Shown here: piece by piece, positions 14,227 to 21,440 of the stretch | Numbering within the stretch: the stretch's first letter is position 1 | How the letters are laid out: every line of letters begins with the position of its first letter | DNA from: a virus | Length of the DNA stretch: 61,919 bases | IMG/VR virus record: IMGVR_UViG_3300034025_000033 | Span: 1 to 61,919 of that record | Strand: one strand, 5' to 3' | Notes under the pieces: model-generated | The model's input: the letters and a program-made list of their open reading frames with translations, nothing else | Databases searched by the model: none | Told to the model about the DNA's origin: nothing | Translations under genes and position numbers: made by a program

Positions 14227-14969
14227 GCTGCCTCCAGCAGGTTCAGTTGTGCAGGCAGGTTGCCTGCATTGGGATTTCCCCACTGTGCCGCCATGGCATC
14301 GGCGATGCCATGAAAGGTGCGGCTGCGATCTCGCCAGCGCTCCGGGCCGGGCGATGCCAGATGCACGGCCGACCATTTCTTGTGCTCTGGCGTGCCCGGC
14401 TTTGGCGGTGTCAGGCGGTTCGTCGCCACCAGCGGCGGCAGGCGGTCCAGCTCAAATCCGGTTGCCTTGAACGCCTCTTCACCGAACCACCACGGCTGCA
14501 CGATCTGGCGCGGACCCGGCTGAATCAGTTCGCGTGCATGGCAGTGCATGATCGGGTTTTCGATCGCCTTGCCCTTCTTTGCCCTGACCTTTTTGAACAG
14601 CTTGTAGAACTCGGCGCCTTGGCGCAGCTCGTCCCACATGAACGCCAGCCGCTGGTCGCGCGACATGCTGGCATATGCAGCCACCACCGCGGCCGGGTAT
14701 TGCCACGGTGCCAGCTTTTTCGGCGGCTCGATCAGCCAGCGCGCGCCGGCATTGGTCAGACGGGTGCAGGTCGGGTGGGCGATGATGATGTCCCAGTAGT
14801 CATCGATCAGCACATCGCGCACGTCGCCTTTGTAGTGCGGCCCCGGTCTTTCAGTATCGAGCAGGTCGCACGACATGGCCCGGCATCCAGCCCTGATAAA
14901 AGCGTCGCGCCCGATGCCGGACGATTCGCAGGCGATCAGGACGTTCAGGGGCATCTTGTTGTTGTCCAT
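14223..14969 (-). CDS. DNA C5-cytosine methyltransferase-like protein (248 aa)
   Basis: LIACESSGIGRDAF (motif I-like), AHPTCTRL (PCQ-like catalytic Cys) and IENP (ENV-like). It is short, with no obvious target-recognition domain. Confidence 0.6.
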   Translation of the reverse strand: MDNNKMPLNVLIACESSGIGRDAFIRAGCRAMSCDLLDTERPGPHYKGDVRDVLIDDYWDIIIAHPTCTRLTNAGARWLIEPPKKLAPWQYPAAVVAAYASMSRDQRLAFMWDELRQGAEFYKLFKKVRAKKGKAIENPIMHCHARELIQPGPRQIVQPWWFGEEAFKATGFELDRLPPLVATNRLTPPKPGTPEHKKWSAVHLASPGPERWRDRSRTFHGIADAMAAQWGNPNAGNLPAQLNLLEAA

Positions 14970-14995
14970 GTTTTACTCCTTGAGTAGTGGTGCCA

Positions 14996-15655
14996 TCACA
15001 GGCCCAGCGCTGCGAAGATGTCCTGCGGCCTCGTGACCGTCGGCGCGTGCTTTACTGGCGGCTTGCGCAGCGATTCCCAGCGCGGCGCGGCGCCGACCTT
15101 GCCACTGATCGCGATGTCCGCATCTGCGCGCAGCATCGTCAGTGCGTACTTGACGGCCCGTTCGTTCGCGCCGAGCGCCCCGACGATCATTGCCGTCGTG
15201 TAGCCTGGATGCTCGGCCACGAAGTCACTGACCTGTTGCGGCAGTGGCGGGTCATAGTGGCGGCGGTCGCGCTTGATGTCGGTTTTCGCCGGGCGGATGC
15301 GCGTTACCTTGGCCTTTGCGCGGTGCTCCAGAATGCCGGCATAGCGCGCCGGGTCGCTGCGCACTTCATCCCATTTTTCCTTATTCGTCTTGCGCCGGCG
15401 CGGCGCGTCGTCGCTGTCGCCGAGCGCATAAACCGGCGTGCGGACCTGCCCGACCAGAGGCCAGTCGGCGATGAACACCGAGCGCGGCGCCTGGCGCATG
15501 TGGGCCAGGTAGCGAACTACCATCGACGGATCGAGGCAAATCCTGGCGCCGAGCTGGTCCGAGGATAACCACTCCCCACCGGCCAGCGCCCGCTGAATGC
15601 GCCGCATCTGGATCTTGGCGCGCTTGCTGGTGAACTTGTAGTCCGCGCGCGCCAT
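14996..15655 (-). CDS. Hypothetical early protein (219 aa)
   Basis: ATG at 15655 in ATGA overlap with the Cro-like gene. Two winged-helix-like stretches. The 298-aa track ORF merges it with an out-of-frame shadow of the Cro-like gene. Confidence 0.65.
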   Translation of the reverse strand: MARADYKFTSKRAKIQMRRIQRALAGGEWLSSDQLGARICLDPSMVVRYLAHMRQAPRSVFIADWPLVGQVRTPVYALGDSDDAPRRRKTNKEKWDEVRSDPARYAGILEHRAKAKVTRIRPAKTDIKRDRRHYDPPLPQQVSDFVAEHPGYTTAMIVGALGANERAVKYALTMLRADADIAISGKVGAAPRWESLRKPPVKHAPTVTRPQDIFAALGL

Positions 15656-15864
15656 CAGGCACCGTCCTTCGCCAGCTTCTTGTCGACCTTCTTGAAATGC
15701 GCGGTCAATTTCTCGACCGTGCCCAAGCTCGGCTTCGCGCCGGTCATGACGGCGTAGATGGTGCGGTAGCTGATGCCACTGTCGCTGGCGATGCGCGTCA
15801 GACGCCCGCGCTGCTCCTTCGCTTCGTTCAGCCGCTTGATAATCTTCTGCAGTTCGTCGTCCAT
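15655..15864 (-). CDS. Cro-like HTH regulator (69 aa), first gene of the leftward early operon
   Basis: GGAG sits 6 nt before the ATG. HTH segment LTRIASDSGISYRTIYAVMTG. It lies immediately downstream of the early promoter. Confidence 0.8.
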   Translation of the reverse strand: MDDELQKIIKRLNEAKEQRGRLTRIASDSGISYRTIYAVMTGAKPSLGTVEKLTAHFKKVDKKLAKDGA

Positions 15865-15890
15865 GTGGGTCTCCGTGTGAAAGTGACTCC

Positions 15891-15919
15891 ATACTAGAGC
15901 GTCATCGCTCCGTCGTCAA
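15891..15919 (-). promoter_or_regulatory. Leftward early promoter
   Basis: Minus strand TTGACG (15919..15914), a 17-nt spacer, TAGTAT (15896..15891), then about 20 nt to the GGAG of the Cro-like gene. Confidence 0.6.
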
Positions 15920-15920
15920 C

Positions 15921-15950
15921 ATGCAACTTGCAAGAAAAAGACTTGCAAAC
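15921..15950. promoter_or_regulatory. Operator-like TTGCAA repeats in the divergent control region
   Basis: ACTTGCAA at 15926..15933 and 15941..15948 (15-bp spacing) plus ATGCAA at 15921. TTGCAA is self-complementary. The repeats abut the -35 of the leftward promoter. Confidence 0.45.
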
Positions 15951-16006
15951 AACAGCCGATATGTGGCACGATGGATTCCGTAGTCAAACAAACAGGGAGC
16001 ACGACA

Positions 16007-16600
16007 ATGGATGTGAAGGACGATGCGGCGCCGAACTTGGAGTTGGAAGAGGTATGGAAAGCGATTCCCGGTCTTGAGCAGTTTTATGAAGCAAGTACGC
16101 ATGGGCGGATTCGCAGCCTTTCTCGCACTGTTCGTCAAAAGACGGGTAAGCAATATTTGCAAGCTGGCCGGGTAATGAAGCCAGCGCTGGGAATCAAGAA
16201 CAAATATTTTTCGCTTCGCCTTACCAATCAGGTAGAAACCGTAACGCGCTATGTCCACCATCTGGTGCTCATTACTTTCGTCGGGCCGGCGCCAGAAGGG
16301 ATGGAAGGTTGCCATGGCGACGGCGATAGGGCTAACAACCGGATTTCTAACCTGCGCTGGGACACTCGATCAAACAACCATGCCGATAAGGCATTGCATG
16401 GGACTGACCACAAGGGCGAACGGCATCCTGGGTCGAAATTGACTGAATCGGATGTTAAGAATCTACGAAAGCGCCGGCTAGACGGCTTGTCGTATGCCGC
16501 GCTAGCAAAAGAATTTGGCGTGACAACGATGACCGTATACAGAGCGGTTAAAGGTAAAAACTGGAGCCACGTCCCACAGGAAAATAAGGAGGCAACATGA
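16007..16600 (+). CDS. HNH homing endonuclease (NUMOD4 + HNH_3 type, 197 aa)
   Basis: EEVWKAIPGLEQFYEASTHGRIRS (NUMOD4-like), VHHLVL...CHGDGDRANNRISNLRWDT (HNH) and a C-terminal HTH. AGGGAG precedes the ATG at 16007. Lower GC than the flanks. Confidence 0.85.
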   Translation: MDVKDDAAPNLELEEVWKAIPGLEQFYEASTHGRIRSLSRTVRQKTGKQYLQAGRVMKPALGIKNKYFSLRLTNQVETVTRYVHHLVLITFVGPAPEGMEGCHGDGDRANNRISNLRWDTRSNNHADKALHGTDHKGERHPGSKLTESDVKNLRKRRLDGLSYAALAKEFGVTTMTVYRAVKGKNWSHVPQENKEAT

Positions 16601-17529
16601 AACAGCAAGAAACCCCGATCGCAGTCATCGGCAAGATTGTCTACGGTGTCGAGCGCGAGTTCAACGAAGTGCTGGTCGACCAGAGCATCAACTTCCGCCG
16701 TGAAGCCGAGTTCGCCATGCAGATCATCGAGGGCAACAGCTACATGCTGACGACCGCGATGAAGAATCAGCAGTCCGTCGTCAACGCCGTGAAGAACATC
16801 GCGGCCATCGGCATCAGCTTGAACCCGGCGAAGAAGCAGGCGTATCTCGTGCCACGCCGACCGAAGGCAGGCGCCGACACGGCCATCTGCTTGGACATCA
16901 GCTACATGGGTCTGATCGACCTGGCTGTCGAATCCGGTTCGATCCGCTGGGCGCAGGCCAAGCTGGTGCGCGAGAACGACGAATACGAAAGCCAGGGTAT
17001 CGACAAGCCGCCCGTGCACAAGTACAAGGCATTCGCCAGCGCGCTCGATCGCGGCCAGATCATCGGCGTGTATGTGGTCGTGAAGACGGTCGACGGTGAC
17101 TTCCTGACGCATGAAATGGGGCTTGAGGAAGTGCATGCGATCCGCGACCGCTCCGAGTCGTGGAAGGCTTACGTCAAGGACGAAACCAAGAAATGCCCAT
17201 GGGTGACGGACGCCGGCGAAATGATTAAGAAGACCGTCATCAAGCAGGCGGCGAAAACCTGGCCGCGCGGCTCGGGTCGGCTGGAGCAGGCGATCCACCA
17301 CCTGAACACCGACGGCGGCGAGGGATTGGTCGACATCAACGAGCCTCCAGTGCATAGCGATCCCGAACCGACAAAACTGCTGGTTGAGGCGCGTGTTGCG
17401 GCGGATGCTGGCCGTGAGCAATTTGGCGTGTTCTGGAAAGGTCTGAACGGAGCCAAGCGCACGCAACTCGGGCCTCACCTCGGCGACTTGCAGGCGCGCG
17501 CCGACAAAATCGACGGAGTGCCCAAGTAA
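16597..17529 (+). CDS. recT: RecT-family single-strand annealing recombinase (310 aa)
   Basis: [20 protein letters not shown]... and the overall RecT pattern. AAGGAGG RBS. ATGA overlap with the HNH stop. Confidence 0.9.
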   Translation: MKQQETPIAVIGKIVYGVEREFNEVLVDQSINFRREAEFAMQIIEGNSYMLTTAMKNQQSVVNAVKNIAAIGISLNPAKKQAYLVPRRPKAGADTAICLDISYMGLIDLAVESGSIRWAQAKLVRENDEYESQGIDKPPVHKYKAFASALDRGQIIGVYVVVKTVDGDFLTHEMGLEEVHAIRDRSESWKAYVKDETKKCPWVTDAGEMIKKTVIKQAAKTWPRGSGRLEQAIHHLNTDGGEGLVDINEPPVHSDPEPTKLLVEARVAADAGREQFGVFWKGLNGAKRTQLGPHLGDLQARADKIDGVPK

Positions 17530-18146
17530 TGCCGCGCTTTCTCGATGCACCGCAGGGTTCGGATGCTTGGTTTTCCTACAGGGCAGGCCACGCTACCGCC
17601 AGCCGTTTCGTCGACGTCATCGGCAGCAAGCAAACCCGTGAAGCCTATCTGTGGGAATTGGTGGGCGAGCGCTTGATGGGCGGTCCGCGGCGCGACGGCG
17701 GCGGACGAGCGAAGGAGTGGGGCCACCTGTCCGAACCGAAATCGCGCCTGGCGTACCAGATCCGCAGCGGCAACCTAGTACGCGAAGTCGGTTTCGCTTT
17801 GCACGACCGGATCAAGTGGCTGGGCTGCTCCAGCGACGGACTGATTGGCGAAGACGGGGCAATTGAATCAAAAAGCCCTTTTAATTCGGCCATCCATGCG
17901 CGCACGCTGGCCAAGGGCATGCCGGAAGAGCACCGGCCGCAAGTAATGGGGAATCTGCTCGTGCTGGAACGGAAGTGGATCGCGTTTTTGTCGTATGACG
18001 AGCATTTCCCGGCGCCATACGACCTGTATGACCAAGTGATCGAGCGCGATCAGAAATACATCGATTACCTGGAAGTCGAAGTAAAAAAATTCCTCGCCGA
18101 AGTGAACATCGCCGTGCGAGACATCAAAGCCACCCACAATAAATAA
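17529..18146 (+). CDS. YqaJ-type (lambda Exo-like) exonuclease (205 aa)
   Basis: GSDAWFSYRAGHATASRF... and SSDGLIGEDGAIESKSP match the YqaJ recombinase-exonuclease motifs. Coupled to recT (TAATG). Confidence 0.85.
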   Translation: MPRFLDAPQGSDAWFSYRAGHATASRFVDVIGSKQTREAYLWELVGERLMGGPRRDGGGRAKEWGHLSEPKSRLAYQIRSGNLVREVGFALHDRIKWLGCSSDGLIGEDGAIESKSPFNSAIHARTLAKGMPEEHRPQVMGNLLVLERKWIAFLSYDEHFPAPYDLYDQVIERDQKYIDYLEVEVKKFLAEVNIAVRDIKATHNK

Positions 18147-18156
18147 GGAAACGACA

Positions 18157-19476
18157 ATGCAAACCGCTACCAACAACACAGACCTGAATCCAGCCGACGA
18201 CGGCAAAACCATCGACGGCGAAATCACCGTCGTGACCGAACAGTTCCAGGCGCTGGTCAACATCGACGCGCCCGAATTCGTCGCCCAGGTATTCGCGCCC
18301 TTCCGCAAGGAGCTGACCACGCTCAAGCGCCGGGCCGCGAAGGATGCAAACTACGACATCACCACGCCGGCCGGCATGGCGACTGCGAAGGATCTGAAAA
18401 AGCAGTTCGCCAAGATCCGCACCACGGCCGAGAACATCCGCAAGGAGCGCAAGGCGCCGATCGTCGAGATCGGCAAGCTGCTCGATACCGAATACAAGAA
18501 GCTGGAAACGGACGTGCGCGAGCACGAAGACCGGCACGCGCTGGCGATCGAGCAGGAAGCGCAACGCCTGGCCGAGATCGAACGCCAGAAGATCGAAGCC
18601 GAGCGCGTGCGCGTCGAGCAGATCGAATCCCGCCTTGCCTCGATCCGCGGCCTGCCGATGAAATACGCGCAAGCCGATTCGGAAACGCTGGCGATTACCG
18701 TGCAGGAACTGGTCGAAAAGCGGTTGGACCCTGCCATGTACGAGGAATATCTTGAAGACGCGGTGCGCGCGCTGAACACCTCGATCGAAGAACTGAACCA
18801 GCTGCACGCTGCAGCGCTTGGCCGCGAAGCCGCCGCCCGCCAGGCCGAAGCCGACCGCCAGGAACTGGCGCGCCTGAAAGCCGAGCAGGCCGAGCGCGAG
18901 CGCATCGCCGCCGAAGAAAAGGCCGAGCGTGATCGTCAGGCCCGCCTCGACCGCGAAGCTGCCGAAGCACAGGCGAAGGAACTGGCCGCGCAACAGGTCG
19001 CCGTCCAGCGCCAGCAGCAGCAGATGCAGGAGATCATGGAGATCAAGGCCATGGCCGACGCGCTGCAGGCGACCGGCGAGCGCACCCGCGAATCGCTGCA
19101 GGCGGCAATCAACAAGGTGCGCGCATTCGAACCGGGCACCTACGGCACGATGGCGGCCATGGCGGCGATGGTGCGCGACGCAGCGCTGCCGATCCTGGAA
19201 GACCTGCTGGCGGACATGCCGACGCCGACGGCGTGGGAAGCACCGCCAGCACCGGCGCTGGTGACGCCTGATGTCGTCACGTTCTCGCCGCCATGCCAGC
19301 ACTTCGCGCCGGAATTTCGCGCCCCAGCCGAGCCAGCGGTGCAACTGGACGACAGCCAGGCGCTGGCCGAACTGCGCGGCGCGGTGATCGACCTGCATGC
19401 CACCCGCGACAGCGCCGCGATCCTGGAACTGGTGTCGGACCTGCTCGACGAACTCGACGCCGGCGAAGGCAAGTAA
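18157..19476 (+). CDS. Long coiled-coil protein (439 aa), possibly DUF1351-like
   Basis: Highly charged E/A/R/Q heptad-like middle region. Its position next to RecT/Exo is as in many siphophage and lambdoid recombination modules. The family call is tentative. Confidence 0.7.
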   Translation: MQTATNNTDLNPADDGKTIDGEITVVTEQFQALVNIDAPEFVAQVFAPFRKELTTLKRRAAKDANYDITTPAGMATAKDLKKQFAKIRTTAENIRKERKAPIVEIGKLLDTEYKKLETDVREHEDRHALAIEQEAQRLAEIERQKIEAERVRVEQIESRLASIRGLPMKYAQADSETLAITVQELVEKRLDPAMYEEYLEDAVRALNTSIEELNQLHAAALGREAAARQAEADRQELARLKAEQAERERIAAEEKAERDRQARLDREAAEAQAKELAAQQVAVQRQQQQMQEIMEIKAMADALQATGERTRESLQAAINKVRAFEPGTYGTMAAMAAMVRDAALPILEDLLADMPTPTAWEAPPAPALVTPDVVTFSPPCQHFAPEFRAPAEPAVQLDDSQALAELRGAVIDLHATRDSAAILELVSDLLDELDAGEGK

Positions 19477-19479
19477 TCC

Positions 19480-19770
19480 ATGCAACGCACACCCGCCCAA
19501 AACCGCAAGTTTTCCGCGCTGGTGGGCGAGGTGGCCGGCGCGCGCATGATCGGGCCGTGGAAGAAGGTAATTACGCGCGAAGCCTGGAAAAGATGGTTCC
19601 TAGCCAAGTATTGCCGCGAAGCGCGCATCGAAGCGTATGCGAACGGCTGGCCGGATCCGTTTCCCGAACTGACGGCGAAGTCCAGCGAACTCGACACCGC
19701 ACAGATGGCGGAACTGATCGAGTGCACCTATGCCTATGCTGCTCAGCAGCTTGGCCTTATCTTGGAATGA
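19480..19770 (+). CDS. ninB: NinB-like recombination protein (96 aa)
   Basis: RTPAQNRKFSALVGEVA / EAWKRWFLAKY / SSELDTAQMAELIECTYAYA parallel lambda NinB RSLDQNRKLWACLGDVS / ESWKCVFTAAL / STSRMRVGEFAELLELIQAFG (recalled from memory). Confidence 0.7.
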   Translation: MQRTPAQNRKFSALVGEVAGARMIGPWKKVITREAWKRWFLAKYCREARIEAYANGWPDPFPELTAKSSELDTAQMAELIECTYAYAAQQLGLILE

Positions 19771-20375
19771 ATAACGGAGGAAATATGCAAAGCATTTTGA
19801 AAACCATGGGACCTGTGCCTTTCGCGCAACACATCGGCGAGCGCGTCTATATGCGCGAATTCACCCAGCGCGGCGGACTGCCGGAATCGCTGGTGCGCTG
19901 GCAGCCGACCGTCGATGCCATGCTGCGCGAAGTTGATGCGCCCGGCCCGATTTACCTGATGATCGACCAGAGCACGGTGCGCGCCGGCGCCAGCCACCGC
20001 CGCCCTGGCGTGCACATCGATGGCTACTGGCTGCCGTCGATACAGGCGCACGGCGATGGCCGGCACGTCGCCGGGCCGGGCGCATGGGATACGGGTAGCG
20101 GACGCTGGAAGAATGGAGCCTATGCGGATGCCGAGGCTATCATTTTGGCGTCGGATGTAGCTGCTGCGCGCGCCTTCATCGGCGAATTCGACGGCGTGCC
20201 GGGCGAGGGTGGCGACTGCCGCCACATCGACACCAAAAGCCTGATTGCGGTGCCGATGCAAGCCGGGATCGCCTACGCCGGCAATGTCACGCTACTGCAT
20301 GAATCGATGCCGGTTGCTGCTGACTGCTTGCGCACCGTCGTGCGCCTGAATGTGCCGGGCTGGACGCCGAAGTAA
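19767..20375 (+). CDS. Hypothetical protein with 2OG-Fe(II)-oxygenase-like HxD...H...R spacing (202 aa; alternative start 19785)
   Basis: The ATG at 19767 is in ATGA overlap with ninB. The ATG at 19785 sits 4 nt after GGAGG. Motifs: RRPGVHIDGYW, NVTLLHES, CLRTVVR. The fold assignment is a hypothesis. Confidence 0.65.
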   Translation: MNNGGNMQSILKTMGPVPFAQHIGERVYMREFTQRGGLPESLVRWQPTVDAMLREVDAPGPIYLMIDQSTVRAGASHRRPGVHIDGYWLPSIQAHGDGRHVAGPGAWDTGSGRWKNGAYADAEAIILASDVAAARAFIGEFDGVPGEGGDCRHIDTKSLIAVPMQAGIAYAGNVTLLHESMPVAADCLRTVVRLNVPGWTPK

Positions 20376-20410
20376 AAAAATGGGTGCGGAACCGCTACAG
20401 GACCGCACCC
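20374..20410 (-). terminator. Minus-strand-oriented intrinsic terminator inside the plus-strand operon
   Basis: Minus strand GGGTGCGG-13 nt-CCGCACCC followed by ATTTTTTTAC. No U-run follows it on the plus strand. Confidence 0.7.
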
Positions 20411-20448
20411 GAATGCCTTACCCCAAACTCTACCGGAGATAGACGACA

Positions 20449-20724
20449 ATGAATCAACAGAATACCACCCCTGCCGAGATCGAAGTATTTTCTGATAATC
20501 CGATGGACATCGTGCGCGTGATCGCGGGCCTGGCGGCGCAGTATGCAGCGATGCCGGAAGAAGTGCGCCGCGGCCAGCCCTCGCCGGTGCGCCCCGACTC
20601 CCCCATCGTACTGGCGGCAAAAAGGCTGTGCACGATCCACGGCTATGCGCAGGACGGCAACGAGCTGCCGGGCTTCATGGAGCGGGCTGCGCGCGCCACG
20701 CTTGAAGGAGGTAAAAATGTCTGA
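20449..20724 (+). CDS. Hypothetical protein (91 aa)
   Basis: GGAG upstream of the ATG. Plausible composition. Confidence 0.6.
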   Translation: MNQQNTTPAEIEVFSDNPMDIVRVIAGLAAQYAAMPEEVRRGQPSPVRPDSPIVLAAKRLCTIHGYAQDGNELPGFMERAARATLEGGKNV

Positions 20725-21061
20725 ACGCGGATCTTTCGTTACCGAATACATCTACTGCAGCAAGTGCTTTGAAGCCGCCAAGAGCGTTCTTCTTGGCCGC
20801 GAAAAATACCTGTGCAGCACAATAATCCCGCAATGGGACAAGAGTGGAACCGAAATCCCGGTCATCGCCGGCAAATGCGGCGCGGGCTGGTCGGGCGGTG
20901 AGTTGTCGCTGTTTGAAGACGAGCTTGGCCCTGAGCTTGAAGCATTGATCTGTTGCGAGGTGCGCATTGCCGTGCTGGCCGAGAACGGCAACGCGATTTT
21001 CAAATTTAAGCCGGGCGGTGGATCAGATCGCATTGTTTTGCGCGAGGCGGACAGATTTTAA
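20717..21061 (+). CDS. Hypothetical Cys-containing protein (114 aa)
   Basis: GGAGG sits 6 nt before the ATG at 20717 and overlaps the upstream stop. YCSKCF...CST...CCEV. Confidence 0.65.
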   Translation: MSERGSFVTEYIYCSKCFEAAKSVLLGREKYLCSTIIPQWDKSGTEIPVIAGKCGAGWSGGELSLFEDELGPELEALICCEVRIAVLAENGNAIFKFKPGGGSDRIVLREADRF

Positions 21062-21223
21062 TGACGCAGCAGCACCGCGCCTTCTGGCGCGGCACAAGTA
21101 AGGCGCTCGGCAGTGGTTAATCCATCAACCGCTCAGAATTTCGGGGGAAATCGCCGGGCGCCTTACCTGTGTTATCGGGAAGCCGCGCCCCGAATTGCGC
21201 GGCACAACAACAGGAAAAATCCC

Positions 21224-21439
21224 ATGAAAATCCGGTTCCAGTTCAAAGACCCCGACAATATCCACGAAGTCCTGAATGCGGCCCACCCGCTACCGGATGA
21301 CGAAGACGACATCACGCCCCGCATGGAAAAGGAGCGCGACGAGTTCTGCGAAAAATACTTCGAATACGGCGACTACGGCCAGTTCGAACTCGACACCGAA
21401 ACCATGACGGCGCGCCTGCTGCCACGCGCTGAATGGTGA
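21224..21439 (+). CDS. Small acidic protein (71 aa)
   Basis: ATG at 21224 (MKIRFQFKDPDN). The stop lies 1 nt from the convergent stop of the late operon. Confidence 0.55.
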   Translation: MKIRFQFKDPDNIHEVLNAAHPLPDDEDDITPRMEKERDEFCEKYFEYGDYGQFELDTETMTARLLPRAEW

Positions 21440-21440
21440 T

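Noticed and set aside
15964-15980. Sigma-54-like TGGCACG-N4-ATTC
   Set aside because: The -12 element (TTGC) is not matched, and the sequence overlaps an in-frame ATG of the long HNH ORF. Probably fortuitous.
16249-17550. 433-aa minus-strand ORF
   Set aside because: It lies antisense to the clearly recognisable RecT and HNH genes. Low-complexity Leu/Arg/Val/Asp shadow composition.
18124-19500. 458-aa minus-strand ORF
   Set aside because: It is antisense to the coiled-coil gene. A repetitive charged sense strand generates a long open antisense frame.
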